Below, piece after piece: positions 50,057-60,531 of a DNA stretch of 64,000 nt. The DNA comes from Nitrososphaerota archaeon. GTDB lineage: Archaea; Thermoproteota; EX4484-205; JAAOZP01. How positions within the stretch are numbered: position 1 is the stretch's first letter; the number at the start of each line of letters is the position of its first letter. Location: NCBI GenBank assembly GCA_011605725.1, contig JAAOZP010000014.1, forward strand, positions 32,001-96,000, given 5' to 3'. The position numbers were made by a program, and so were the translations under genes. The notes under the pieces are model-generated. The model did no database searches, had not been told where the DNA came from, and was given only the letters and a program-made list of their open reading frames with translations.

Positions 50057-50917
50057 ATGAAACTATTACTGTTGCAGCGGAGAGAAGCAGTTAGAAGGGA
50101 GGCTGTTGGCAGTTATTCCTGCGAGCAGTGTGGGCGTCCACTGAGCCCTGAATACAAGTTCTGCCCAGCCTGCGGAACCCCGCGGAGAGGAGTCTCCTAC
50201 GTTAGGAGGGTTTCAACAGGCAACCCGGCTATAGACGAGATTCTGGAGGGTGGTTTCGAAGTGGGTAAAACATATCTGCTCGCCGGGGAGGCTGGAACCG
50301 GTAAGACGATTTTCAGCTTACAATACCTCTTACACGGGGCTAAGAATAATGAGCCCGGAATATATGTTACGATAGACGAGAGGCCGGAGATGCTTGTTAG
50401 AGACGTGAGGAACTTCGGCTGGGATCTTCAGCCGCTCATAGAGACAAAGAAGCTTGCGATACTCCCGGTTAGGAGATACTTCACCTCCAAGATGTGGGGG
50501 AGGGAAATGGACACTATAGTTAACAACATAATAGAGGAGCTTGACAGGAGGAGGAGGGAGATAGGGGCTAAGAGGCTTGTCATAGATCCTATAGCCCCGT
50601 TGGTAACTACTTATTCGAACGAGGTTGCATGGGTTAGAGAATACATCAGGAGCCTCATATTCTCTATTGAGGAGAAGCTCGGTGTAACCACGGTTATAAC
50701 GTCAGAAGTCCCTACTGGGGAGAACATGATGAGCAGGTATGGTGTTGAAGAGTTTCTGGCGAGCGGCGTAATATTACTATCCCTGTCTAGAGTTGGGAAC
50801 TCCATAATAAGGACGATGTTTATAAGGAAGATGCGCTGGACTGCTGTGAACCCAACGATCTACAGGTTTGAAATAGAAAGGGGTCGTGGAATAGTTCTTA
50901 AAGAACCGTTAAGCTAA
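50057..50917 (+). CDS. KaiC/RAD55-like ATPase with N-terminal zinc ribbon
   Basis: CEQCG...FCPACG; GEAGTGKT; RLVID; RKMR.T. Confidence 0.88.
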   Translation: MKLLLLQRREAVRREAVGSYSCEQCGRPLSPEYKFCPACGTPRRGVSYVRRVSTGNPAIDEILEGGFEVGKTYLLAGEAGTGKTIFSLQYLLHGAKNNEPGIYVTIDERPEMLVRDVRNFGWDLQPLIETKKLAILPVRRYFTSKMWGREMDTIVNNIIEELDRRRREIGAKRLVIDPIAPLVTTYSNEVAWVREYIRSLIFSIEEKLGVTTVITSEVPTGENMMSRYGVEEFLASGVILLSLSRVGNSIIRTMFIRKMRWTAVNPTIYRFEIERGRGIVLKEPLS

Positions 50918-51480
50918 GTCGGCAGCCTGGTTCCACATCTGAAGCAGAATTTGTAGCGCGCATTGTTTATTGCCCCACACTTTGGACAGGTTTTAGTGCC
51001 TGCACTACCAGCCGTCTCCTCGGAAGCAGGCCGCGACGCAACGGTGACGGTTTCAACATGCTCCGGTTCCGCCGCCTCATATTCAGCAGGCTCCTTGAAA
51101 GAGGGCTGGGCCTCAGGAGCCTCCGCTGCACTACTGCTTGGCGCAACCTGGACCTCAGGCTCCTTCGGCACGTACGTGGAGGGTTTTGCTGAAACCTGCT
51201 CCCTAACCTGGGTCTTCGGCTCTTCACGCGTTTCGACAGCCGGCTTCGCCGGCGCAGGGGGTGCAGCTGGAACAGTAACCTCTTTCTTCAATATCACTAT
51301 GTCTTCAGCAGCGTCAACCTCGCTCCAGATGAACTCCATCTCCCTATTGTCTCTCCCGACAACAACTATTCCAACTAGGTTCTCGCCTAAGACAAACCCT
51401 ATGTCTTTAACAGTGCCGACGTATCGGCCCCTCTTATCGTAAACCTGGAGGCCTATTATCTTGTCTTTTCTAATTAGCAA
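50914..51480 (-). CDS. PRC-barrel plus low-complexity linker plus zinc-ribbon protein
   Basis: IG..VYD..G..VGTVKD; Pro/Ala/Glu linker; CPKCG...FCFRCG. Confidence 0.8.
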   Translation of the reverse strand: MLIRKDKIIGLQVYDKRGRYVGTVKDIGFVLGENLVGIVVVGRDNREMEFIWSEVDAAEDIVILKKEVTVPAAPPAPAKPAVETREEPKTQVREQVSAKPSTYVPKEPEVQVAPSSSAAEAPEAQPSFKEPAEYEAAEPEHVETVTVASRPASEETAGSAGTKTCPKCGAINNARYKFCFRCGTRLPT

Positions 51481-51601
51481 CCCGTAGGGAAATTCTCCCG
51501 GGGTGACTTTTATTCTTTATCTTCATATTAGTACACAATGCTAACGGTTTAGATGCTGTGTCAAACAGGCAATGAAACAGTTTAAAGGCATTAGAGGGCC
51601 T

Positions 51602-53134
51602 CTAAGGGCATTTTTCAACCGTGGAGAAGGAGAAGCCCTTGACAAGCCTGCTTACAGCGTTTTCCAGAAGCATCCTAGCCTCCGTGTCTTTCTGAAGCAT
51701 CAGGCTAAGCTTTGAGAAACACTCTTTTAAAACGTTCTCCCTGTCTGCGAGCATCATTTTATCAGCCTCGGGAGAGCCTGCGCCTAAGGATACTCGCTTC
51801 GAAGCGACAGCACTCGCGTCAGCCTCTTTCAGTATTTTCATCAGTAGACCGCTAACGTCTCTGCCTAACACGTTCAGGGAAACACTTTTTAAATCCTCCT
51901 CGTTGAGACTATTCATCTTCCTGCCGGTTTTAACGCTGAGCTTAACAATCTCCCCCACCAACCTGTGGGCAAGCCTGAATGGAACCCTGGCTTCCTCAAC
52001 TATTCTTTCAGCAACATCCAAGGCAATAATGTTTGGCTCAGTTAAAGACCTTATTCTCTCACGGTTCTCCTTAAGATTCTCAAGAACAATTCTAACGATT
52101 CTAACTGCTTCCCTGCTTGTTTCAATAGCCTCGATCAACGGGGGCTTGGTTTCCTGAAGATCTCTAACATAGCCGCTGGGCACTGCCTTGCAAACCATCG
52201 AGAGCTGAGCTAGACTTGAGAAAACCCTTCCTGTTCTCGCACGGGTCAGCTCAAGTATGCAAGGATTCTTCTTATGTGGCATCGCGCTCGATGGGAAAGC
52301 CAGCTCGTCTGGAAGCGTGAAGAAACCGTATTCTGAGGAAAGCCAGATTATAAGGTCCTCCATAATCCTGCTCAGGTTAAGCATGAGAATGTTGAGGTTT
52401 GAAACAACCTCCAGCGCGAAGTCTCTTGACGAAACAGCGTCGAACGAGTTCTCCACAACACCGTCGAACCCTAGGAGCCTCGTAGTGAGACTCCTGTCTA
52501 TCTTAAGCGAGGAGCCGACTATAGCAACGCTCCCTAAAGGATTCTGGTTAACCCTTTTAAAGGATTCTGAGAGTCGGTTAAAGTCTCTCAGAAACACGTC
52601 GAAATACCCTAGGAAATAGTGTGAAAGAGGAGCAACCTGAGCCTGTTGCAGATGAGTGTAGAACGGGAAAACTACGTCAAGAGTCTCTCCAGCCTTCTTT
52701 AGAAGAGTTGCCTCAAGCTTAAGCAGCTCTCCCATAATGCTTAAGACTTCTCTCCTCGTCTTAAGCCTCACCGCCGTGACAACCTGATCATTCCTGGAGC
52801 GAGCCGTGTGAACAAGGCCTCCTACCTCCATCCCAGCCTGCTTAACTACATAAGACTCTATGAGTTCATGAACATCCTCGTACTTTTCAAGGTCGAGCTG
52901 ACTCAAACCTTCCTCTCTAAGCCTTTTAAGAGCCTCAAGAATCTGTTTAAGCTGCTCCTCAGTAATATAGCCCTGTTTCATAAGCATGAGGTCGTGCGCA
53001 ACCGTGCATTCAATATCCTCGTTAAATATCCAAGCGTCTTCCCTAATGCTGGACACGTATCTCGTGGCCTCTGAGGAAACCGGTCCAAGCCTGCTCCTAT
53101 ATATGCCTCCGGAAGCATCCTGCTCCATTGACAA
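51602..53134 (-). CDS. argH: Argininosuccinate lyase
   Basis: HTARSRNDQV, YTHLQ.AQ, SSAMPHKKNP, RDLQE. Confidence 0.95.
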   Translation of the reverse strand: MSMEQDASGGIYRSRLGPVSSEATRYVSSIREDAWIFNEDIECTVAHDLMLMKQGYITEEQLKQILEALKRLREEGLSQLDLEKYEDVHELIESYVVKQAGMEVGGLVHTARSRNDQVVTAVRLKTRREVLSIMGELLKLEATLLKKAGETLDVVFPFYTHLQQAQVAPLSHYFLGYFDVFLRDFNRLSESFKRVNQNPLGSVAIVGSSLKIDRSLTTRLLGFDGVVENSFDAVSSRDFALEVVSNLNILMLNLSRIMEDLIIWLSSEYGFFTLPDELAFPSSAMPHKKNPCILELTRARTGRVFSSLAQLSMVCKAVPSGYVRDLQETKPPLIEAIETSREAVRIVRIVLENLKENRERIRSLTEPNIIALDVAERIVEEARVPFRLAHRLVGEIVKLSVKTGRKMNSLNEEDLKSVSLNVLGRDVSGLLMKILKEADASAVASKRVSLGAGSPEADKMMLADRENVLKECFSKLSLMLQKDTEARMLLENAVSRLVKGFSFSTVEKCP

Positions 53135-53218
53135 CCCTAAGCCGGATGAACCTGCAGAAACATGCTAATAAGGGTTACATGAAAAACGGTTTGAAACATT
53201 CTGAAGGCTTAAAAGCGA

Positions 53219-53305
53219 TCAGCATTTTACGGGTTTCCCTAGAGACAAGTGGTGGCGAGCTAAGATTCTACAAGGGTTGAGACGCCTCCGGTAGTCCAGA
53301 AGCAT
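53219..53305 (-). CDS. Putative argH leader peptide, 28 aa (MLLDYRRRLNPCRILARHHLSLGKPVKC)
   Basis: GGAGTGTG SD-like sequence before ATG; tandem CGG AGG CGT codons; 84 nt upstream of argH. Confidence 0.55.
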   Translation of the reverse strand: MLLDYRRRLNPCRILARHHLSLGKPVKC

Positions 53306-53412
53306 GTGAATCACACTCCACGGAAAGCCTTTCCCCCGGTTTTCTACGCGCGCAAAAAGCAGCGGGCAAAACTTAAAAGGCTCAAAAACAAGTATTTCAA
53401 GAGGAACTCGTC

Positions 53413-54538
53413 ATGCTTATAGAGGAGAAGCTGGATCTCGGAAGACTCGTCACATTCGTGCCCAACAAGCATATTCCAATACATAATTGGTTTTTTCTAT
53501 AAAGAAGGGTTTTCCCGCGACTTCGTAGTTCTTGTGAGTAGACGGCTGGGGCTTGGCGAAGACTCGTGGATGCTGGACCCGTTCTGCGGCGTCGGAACAA
53601 CCCAGTTAACTGGAAAGGAGCTTGGGATAAATACTGTTGGCGTCGACGTGGCTGAGCTTCCTGTTTTCGTCTCCAGGGTTAAGACTGCCGACTATGATGT
53701 TGAGCAGCTCAGGAAGGTTTCTGAAAAAGTTTTCTCGGAAAAATTTAGAAGACCCAGCCTAGGTGGTTTAAGCAGGCTTGTTAGAAGAGCTTTTCCCAAG
53801 CATGTTTTAGAGGACATATTGTTCTTCAGAGAGATTGTTGAAAACATTGAGGATGAGACTGTGAGAAACTTCTTCAAACTCGGTTTAATAAGTGCTGCTA
53901 TGAAAGCATCCTACGTCGTGAAGGACGGCGGCCTCCTTAGAATAGTTAAGGAGAGGAACATCCCGCCTTTCAGAAAGTTTTACAAGAACAGGATTAAGAG
54001 GATGATTAAGGATGTTGAAGCCTCCAGAATGCTTAACCCTAAGGTGTCAACTTTTAAGGCTGACTCGAGAAACCTATGGTTCTTGGAGGATGAAACGTTC
54101 GACGCGGTCGTTACTTCACCACCCTACTTGAACAAGATAGAGTACACCAGGGTTTACAGGGTTGAAAACGAGCTTTTCTTCAAGGGTTCCGAGCCCATGC
54201 TACGCTCATACATAGGTGACGCCGTTAGGCTGACGGAGGATTCTGAAAACACCGGAAACACCCCGGCGATAGTTGAAGCCTATTTCCGAGACCTCCGCAG
54301 GGTTCTGTCCGAGCTTCACCGTGTTCTTAAAAAGAACGGGATGGGTGTTTTCGTCATAGCTCAAGGAGTCTTTCCGACGGGCGTTGTAGAAACAGAGAGA
54401 ATATTCGTTGAAATAGCTGGGGAAACCGGTTTTGAAACCGAGAGGCTCTGGCTAGTCAACAGGAGGGTTGCAACCAGAGACCGTGTCGTCAAGATTGGTT
54501 ATGCAGACGAGTATGTTGTTTTCACACGTAAACTCTGA
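53413..54538 (+). pseudogene. DNA amino-methyltransferase with +1 frameshift in T6 run (53491-53496)
   Basis: DPFCGVGT and TSPPY motifs; removing one T joins IHNWFFYKEGFS to the main ORF. Confidence 0.8.
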
Positions 54539-54544
54539 AAAACT

Positions 54545-55558
54545 TTAAAGCCTGAAACTGGCCTCAATGCTTGGACGTATCGGTTGAGAATCGTAGCCCA
54601 GCCTCCTAAGCTCCCTTGAAAACTCTTCCGGGAAACCGTGGACTGTGAAAACCTTCTCCGGACAGGTTTTCCTAACGATTTCCACCAGGCCGTTGAAATC
54701 AGCATGATCGCTCAACGGGAAAGCCTTGTCAACGCCCAGCGCCTCGCTATACCAGTCGAAAATCGACCTGCCTGAGAAGCTTATGAAGACAGCACCATAC
54801 TTCCTTTTAACAAGCTGCATGAAAGCATTTCTACCGGAGACATTAGGATAGTATAGGGCCCAGGATCCCTCAGGCAGCTCTGGAGACTGGGGTGTGAAAA
54901 CCTTCTTCCCACTTATCCCCATTGAGAAAAGCCTGTAAACATTGTTATACTCTGCTATAGATGGTGAAACATATGTTTCAACAACATCCTGGAGAACAGG
55001 GTCTAAAACCATTTGAACATGTTGAGACTTGCCAAGCGGGTATCCCATTAGAACTATGGGTCTGCCTCTTCTCACTGTTTCACTAACGTAGTCGACAATC
55101 TCGCCTATCAGCTGTCTTCTCGAGGGGAAAACCAGGCCGGGGCGACCATAGTTAGACTCTATTATGAGAGTATGAACCCTTGGGAAGCACGGTTCAGGTA
55201 TGCCCTCAACCGGTGAAGTGTTAACATCTCCCGTGTAAAGAATCCCTCCCCTATCGGTTTCAACAAGCAGGGCTTTAGACCCTAAAATATGGCCTGAGTC
55301 CAGAAGGGTGAAAGGATTGTTCTCAACACGCTTAACTTCAAGCCCCCTGAGCGTGGAAAGAAGCAGAGTCTCCTCCGAGCATACTGCTGAGGCTTTCTTC
55401 GCGTCAGACCTGCCTAAATGGTCGAAGTGCGCGTGAGATATGAAAAGATAGTTGAAAGACTCGTCTGAGCCTGTTTTCAGAAAAGCCTCTCCCCCTTTGA
55501 AGCAGAGGGTTGCGAAACGGTCAAGCTTAACTGAAAAACCCTTGAACGCTGCGGACAT
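54545..55558 (-). CDS. MBL-fold beta-CASP nuclease
   Basis: SHAHFDH, SGHILG, ESNYG, LSDHAD, VHG. Confidence 0.85.
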   Translation of the reverse strand: MSAAFKGFSVKLDRFATLCFKGGEAFLKTGSDESFNYLFISHAHFDHLGRSDAKKASAVCSEETLLLSTLRGLEVKRVENNPFTLLDSGHILGSKALLVETDRGGILYTGDVNTSPVEGIPEPCFPRVHTLIIESNYGRPGLVFPSRRQLIGEIVDYVSETVRRGRPIVLMGYPLGKSQHVQMVLDPVLQDVVETYVSPSIAEYNNVYRLFSMGISGKKVFTPQSPELPEGSWALYYPNVSGRNAFMQLVKRKYGAVFISFSGRSIFDWYSEALGVDKAFPLSDHADFNGLVEIVRKTCPEKVFTVHGFPEEFSRELRRLGYDSQPIRPSIEASFRL

Positions 55559-55561
55559 TGG

Positions 55562-57196
55562 CTAGGTGAAAAACCTGTTTTCCCTCAGCTTAGCTAAAAA
55601 CCGGCTTTCAAGCCTCTTAGCCGGCGGAACCCATTTCCTCCTTCTCTCCTCAAGCTCGTCTCTATCGACAAGCAGGTCCAGCCTTCTTTCCGGCACGTCT
55701 ACAAGTATCTCGTCACCGTCCTCCACGAGCGCTATAGGTCCCCCCAAGTAGGCCTCTGGGGAAACATGGCCTATGGCAATTCCCTTCGTGCCCCCTGAGA
55801 ATCTTCCGTCAGTAACCAGCGCAACCCTTTCAACAAGGTTCCTGCCAACTATTAGCGAGGTCGGCATCAGCATTTCACGCATACCGGGGCCGCCTAGAAG
55901 CCCCTCGTAGCGCACGACAACTACAGTGTCCACAGTGAAATCCTCTTTCTCAAGCGCTTCAACAGCCTCCTCCTCAGAGTTGAAAACCCTAGCCCTGCCT
56001 CTGAACGTTCTAAGCTGAACAGGTGTTCCAGCAAGCTTAATCACAGCGCCCTCCGGCGCCAAGGACCCCCATAGCACCGCTATGCCTCCTTCACCTCTAT
56101 ACGGGTTATCCGGAGAACGTATAAGCATGCCCCTTGGATCTGGAAACTCTTCAACAAGCTCCCGGAGACGCCTACCGGTAACAGTTAAAACATCCAGGTT
56201 AAGATATTTTTTAAGAGTCTTCATGAGCGAGGGGACTCCGCCCGCGTTGTAGAAGTCGATCATGAAGCTCTCGCCGGACGGCCTTATTAGAGCCAGCGTA
56301 GGTATCCTTCTGCTCAGCTCGTCGAAGGTCTTTAGAGGAAGCTCGTACCCAGCCTCCTTGGCTAGAGCGCTCAAGTGGAGAACAGTGTTGGTGGAGCCTC
56401 CGAGAGCATTATCAACAATTATAGCGTTAACAATGCTTTCAGGCTTAACAATATCCTTAAACCTTAAACCCTCCTTCCAGAGTTCCACTATTCGCCTTCC
56501 AGACTCGTATGCAAGAGTCTTCTTACCCTCGTCCTCAGCGTGAGTAGCAGCCATGCCGGGAAGCGATATGCCCATCGCCTCAACCAGGCAAGCCATAGTG
56601 TTAGCAGTGAAAAGGCCGGCGCAGCTTCCGGCGCCGGGGCAAGCAGCCTGTTCAAACTCCCTCAGTTCTTCAAGCGTAATCCTTCCCTCACGGTATTCCC
56701 CGAGCGCTTCGAAGACTGAAACCAAGTCAACCCTCCTGCCTTTGAACAACCCCGGATACATGGGTCCGCCTGTAACGAATATCGACGGAAGATTCAGCCT
56801 GGCTGCTGCCAGCAGGTGGCCGGGAACAATCTTGTCGCATGAAGATATGAAAACCAGGGCGTCGAACACGTGTGCTGAAACCATTATTTCAACCGAGTCG
56901 GCTATGACTTCTCTGCTTGGGAGCGAGAACCTCATTCCATCATGGTTCATCGCAATACCGTCGCAGACAGCGATCGTGTTGAAGATGAAAGGCACCCCGC
57001 CGCTGTCTCTAACACCCTTGGAAACGTTTTCCGCAAGCACGTTGAGGTGAACATGTCCTGGGACAACGTTAGTGAAGGAGTTGACTACACCTATGAAAGG
57101 CTTTTCGAAGTCCTGGTTTCTCAAGCCTATGGCGTGAAGCAGAGACCTGTGCGGAGCCCTGTCCACACCTTTTTTTACAGCGTCGCTCCTCATCAA
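55562..57196 (-). CDS. ilvD: Dihydroxy-acid dehydratase
   Basis: CDG, CDK, FTANTM, GGSTN, TDGRFSG. Confidence 0.96.
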   Translation of the reverse strand: MMRSDAVKKGVDRAPHRSLLHAIGLRNQDFEKPFIGVVNSFTNVVPGHVHLNVLAENVSKGVRDSGGVPFIFNTIAVCDGIAMNHDGMRFSLPSREVIADSVEIMVSAHVFDALVFISSCDKIVPGHLLAAARLNLPSIFVTGGPMYPGLFKGRRVDLVSVFEALGEYREGRITLEELREFEQAACPGAGSCAGLFTANTMACLVEAMGISLPGMAATHAEDEGKKTLAYESGRRIVELWKEGLRFKDIVKPESIVNAIIVDNALGGSTNTVLHLSALAKEAGYELPLKTFDELSRRIPTLALIRPSGESFMIDFYNAGGVPSLMKTLKKYLNLDVLTVTGRRLRELVEEFPDPRGMLIRSPDNPYRGEGGIAVLWGSLAPEGAVIKLAGTPVQLRTFRGRARVFNSEEEAVEALEKEDFTVDTVVVVRYEGLLGGPGMREMLMPTSLIVGRNLVERVALVTDGRFSGGTKGIAIGHVSPEAYLGGPIALVEDGDEILVDVPERRLDLLVDRDELEERRRKWVPPAKRLESRFLAKLRENRFFT

Positions 57197-57203
57197 GTCT
57201 TTT

Positions 57204-58187
57204 TCAACCGTACACCATCGACCTTATTTTCCTTCCAACAGTCTCTATCAAGTGGTTTCTCTCTCTTTCAACGAGAGTCTTCAGAACAACCTGGTTCGAA
57301 CTGTTTTCAAGTATCCACTCTCTTGCGAAAACACCTGTCTGAACATCTTCAAGAAGCTTCCTCATCTTCCTCTTAACATCCTCATCTATAAGATAGGGGC
57401 CGCGCGTAAGACCGCCGTACTTAGCAGTATCGCTGACAGCCTGCCACATGCCGGATAAGCCTTTAGACCAGATCAGGTCGACGATAAGCTTAAGCTCGTT
57501 TAAAACTTCGAAGTAAGCCACCTCAGGCTGGTATCCTGCTTCCACAAGGATTTCGAAGCCGCTTTTAATAAGCGACGAGACTCCGCCGCATAGCACAGCC
57601 TGCTCTCCGAAAAGATCTGTCTCAACCTCCTCCTTGAACGAGGTTTCTATCAAGCCGATCCTGCTTAGCCCCACAGCCTTCCCCAGCTCCCTGACTATTC
57701 TTGAAGCATTACCCGTGTAATCCTGGTGGACAGCTATTAAGCCGGGGACCCCGGTTCCGCGAACATATGCTTCTCTTAAAGCAGGACCAGGCGCCTTGGG
57801 AGCCACGAGGACAACGTCGAGCCAGGGAGAAGGAACTATCTGCCTGTAGTGAATGTTGAAAGCATGCGCGAAAACAAGTGTTGAACCCTTAGAGATGTTC
57901 GGCTCAACATGATCCCTGTAGACAGCCGGTTGAGCAGGATCAGGAATAAGCATTAGAATAATGCTGCTTTTTCTAACTGCCTCACTTATCTCGTAGACTT
58001 CGAAGCCGTCTTCAGAAGCCCTTCTCCAAGACGAGCCTTCTCTTCTCAAGCCTATTATCGTGTTAACACCGCTGTCTCTAATGTTCTTAGCCTGAGCCTC
58101 ACCCTGGGAGCCATAGCCTATCACGGCGACAGTCTTATTCTTAATCAGCTCGATGCTTATTTCATCATCCCTTATTATCCTAGCCAT
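57204..58187 (-). CDS. ilvC: Ketol-acid reductoisomerase
   Basis: GYGSQG, APK.PG, DLFGEQAVLCGG. Confidence 0.96.
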   Translation of the reverse strand: MARIIRDDEISIELIKNKTVAVIGYGSQGEAQAKNIRDSGVNTIIGLRREGSSWRRASEDGFEVYEISEAVRKSSIILMLIPDPAQPAVYRDHVEPNISKGSTLVFAHAFNIHYRQIVPSPWLDVVLVAPKAPGPALREAYVRGTGVPGLIAVHQDYTGNASRIVRELGKAVGLSRIGLIETSFKEEVETDLFGEQAVLCGGVSSLIKSGFEILVEAGYQPEVAYFEVLNELKLIVDLIWSKGLSGMWQAVSDTAKYGGLTRGPYLIDEDVKRKMRKLLEDVQTGVFAREWILENSSNQVVLKTLVERERNHLIETVGRKIRSMVYG

Positions 58188-58231
58188 CCTCAGTCACCCC
58201 TACTCCACGGCTACGTTTTCTTTTAAGCTTT

Positions 58232-58720
58232 TTACTTTCTGAAACGGTTCAAAGTGTGAATCATCACACCGCTCCTCGAGAAGCTTTCAACACGATCTTT
58301 AAACTCCTCCTTAAAGTCGTCGACAACCCTAGGGTCGGCGAGGAGCTCGACGAGAAGCCTGGAGCCGCTCAGCAAGGTTGTTCTAGCCCTATACCTGACC
58401 CTGATATAGTCGCTCACACTAGTGTCACAATCCTTCAGCACAGCTACGAAAGCCTCCCTTATCACATCGTACTCGAGAGAACCTATCTTAACCTCGAAGA
58501 CACATGGGTTTTTCTCAAGAACCTTAACTATGTTTTCAAATTTCTCCTGAGGCAGGCTGAAGGTTAGAGATATCTCCGAGGTCTTCCCGTTCACCATGCC
58601 GACAGTTATCGTGTCAATGTTTATTGCTCTCCTCGCGAATATTGAGGCTATTCTCTCCATCACCCCAGGCATGTTGAGAACCCTGAGCACAACGAACCTC
58701 TTATTCTCGTCTGAAGCCAT
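58232..58720 (-). CDS. ilvN: Acetolactate synthase small subunit
   Basis: N.PGV..RI..IF.RR.INI ACT domain. Confidence 0.9.
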   Translation of the reverse strand: MASDENKRFVVLRVLNMPGVMERIASIFARRAINIDTITVGMVNGKTSEISLTFSLPQEKFENIVKVLEKNPCVFEVKIGSLEYDVIREAFVAVLKDCDTSVSDYIRVRYRARTTLLSGSRLLVELLADPRVVDDFKEEFKDRVESFSRSGVMIHTLNRFRK

Positions 58721-58728
58721 TTTCCACC

Positions 58729-60402
58729 CTACCTCCTTACGATGACTCTGTCAAGCGGGGCAGCCGGGGGAACCATTGGGAAAACATTATCCTCTCTCGC
58801 GACAATCACGTCTAACACAGTTGTCTCATCCTGCTTTAAAGCGGTTTCAAGAGCGTTTTTAAGCTCGCTTATCCTCGTCACTTTAAACCCTTTAGCGCCG
58901 AAACCCTCTGAAACCCTAGCTATGTCAGCTCTGCCCTTCAAATCCACAGCCATATACCTCCTGCCGTAGAAAAGCTCCTGCCACTGTCTAACCATGCCCA
59001 GGAAATAATTGTTAAGAACCAAGACTATGATCGGCAGGTTATAGTCTACTGAAACCGGAAGCTGGTTACAAGTCATGAAGAAGCTACCGTCTCCAGCTAT
59101 GTCGAAAACACGGCTCTCCGGGAAGGCTGCTTTAACCCCGATCGCAGCCGGAAGCCCGAAGCCCATTGTGCCAAGTCCGCCGGAGGATATGAATTGTCTC
59201 GGACGCTTAGCTGTAAAGTGGAGTGAAGCATACATCTGGCACTGGCCTACCTCCGTCGTCACAAAGTCTTCAGCCTTAACATAGTCGTTCAGAACCCTTA
59301 CGGCAGTACTTGGATCAACCGGAACAGCATCGTAATCGTAAAGGAACTCAGATTCCTTCTTGAGCTGTTTAACTCTTTCACCCCACGTAGCAGCCTTGCC
59401 CTTCTTGAAAAGCCTGAGAATCGTTTCGCGAATCCTGATTAAAACCTGCTTAGCGTCACCGGCGACGCCAAGGTCGGGCTTAAGCAGCTTCCCGATTTCA
59501 GACCTATCTATGTCAACATGTATCTTCCTCGCTCCCGGGGCGAAGCCGCTTAACTTACCAGTAGTCCTGTCGCTAAACCTCATGCCTACTGCAAGAATCA
59601 GGTCGCTCTCCTGAACAGCCTTGATCGCGCCTAGCTTCCCATGCATTCCAACCATGCCTAGGGACAACGGATGGTCTTCAGGAATGCTTCCCTTGCCCAT
59701 TAGAGTCGTCGCTACGGGAGCGTTTAGAAGCTCAGCAAGGGCGATAAGCTCGCTGGACGCGCCTGATATTATTACTCCGCCTCCAGCTATGATCACAGGC
59801 CTCTCAGCCTCAACCAGCATCTTTGAGACTGTTAGAATCTCCTCGTCGGAGGGAGAGGGAGGAGTATAAGAGTAGATGTAGAAATCGTCATCAGGCTCGC
59901 CCTCCATCAGCTGAACATCCCTAGGGACGTCGATGTGAACAGGCCCAGGTCTTCCGGATAAGGCTATTTTAAAAGCGTTCTCAAGCGCAGAGTTAAGCTC
60001 GTTTAAGTCTCTAGGTAGAAAGTTCATCTTCGTCAACCCTATCATCATCGAGAAAACATTAGCCTCCTGAAAACCGTCGTAACCTATGAGAGGCGTCGCA
60101 ACCTGGCCGGCTATGCTTAAAACCGGCGAGGAATCCAAGTAGGCGTTGGCAATTCCTGTTGCAAGATTAGTGGCGCCAGGGCCGGATGTGGCGACGACAA
60201 CGCCAATCCTGCCGGTTGCCCTAGCATACCCGTCAGCCATGTGGGCAGCACCCTGCTCATGCCTCGCGAGAATGAACTCTATGTCGCCAGCCTTATAAAG
60301 CTCGTCTAGAAACGGGAGCACAGCCCCACCGGGTACTCCGAAGATGGTTTTAACCCCGTTCTCCCTCAGCTTCTCAACTAGTAGTCTAGACCCTGAAACC
60401 AT
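58729..60402 (-). CDS. ilvB: Acetolactate synthase large subunit
   Basis: FG.PGG, RHEQ, SGGLGTMG, GDGSF, GMVRQWQ; ATG 60402 follows GAGGTG. Confidence 0.96.
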   Translation of the reverse strand: MVSGSRLLVEKLRENGVKTIFGVPGGAVLPFLDELYKAGDIEFILARHEQGAAHMADGYARATGRIGVVVATSGPGATNLATGIANAYLDSSPVLSIAGQVATPLIGYDGFQEANVFSMMIGLTKMNFLPRDLNELNSALENAFKIALSGRPGPVHIDVPRDVQLMEGEPDDDFYIYSYTPPSPSDEEILTVSKMLVEAERPVIIAGGGVIISGASSELIALAELLNAPVATTLMGKGSIPEDHPLSLGMVGMHGKLGAIKAVQESDLILAVGMRFSDRTTGKLSGFAPGARKIHVDIDRSEIGKLLKPDLGVAGDAKQVLIRIRETILRLFKKGKAATWGERVKQLKKESEFLYDYDAVPVDPSTAVRVLNDYVKAEDFVTTEVGQCQMYASLHFTAKRPRQFISSGGLGTMGFGLPAAIGVKAAFPESRVFDIAGDGSFFMTCNQLPVSVDYNLPIIVLVLNNYFLGMVRQWQELFYGRRYMAVDLKGRADIARVSEGFGAKGFKVTRISELKNALETALKQDETTVLDVIVAREDNVFPMVPPAAPLDRVIVRR

Positions 60403-60447
60403 TTGAAACACCTCTTGCAAACGGCTTTTTGAAAACCACTGTTTTCT

Positions 60448-60531
60448 CTAGCGGAGGCTGGGTTTGCAGCGGGACTCCTGCAGTTGGTGGACGGTGTCCC
60501 GCCCCCTTGGAGCGTGAATATTATGGTACAC
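60448..60531 (-). CDS. Putative ilv leader peptide, 27 aa (MYHNIHAPRGRDTVHQLQESRCKPSLR)
   Basis: AGGAGGTG SD, GTG start, AxRGRD at the same positions as in the leu leader, Val at position 14. Confidence 0.7.
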   Translation of the reverse strand: MYHNIHAPRGRDTVHQLQESRCKPSLR

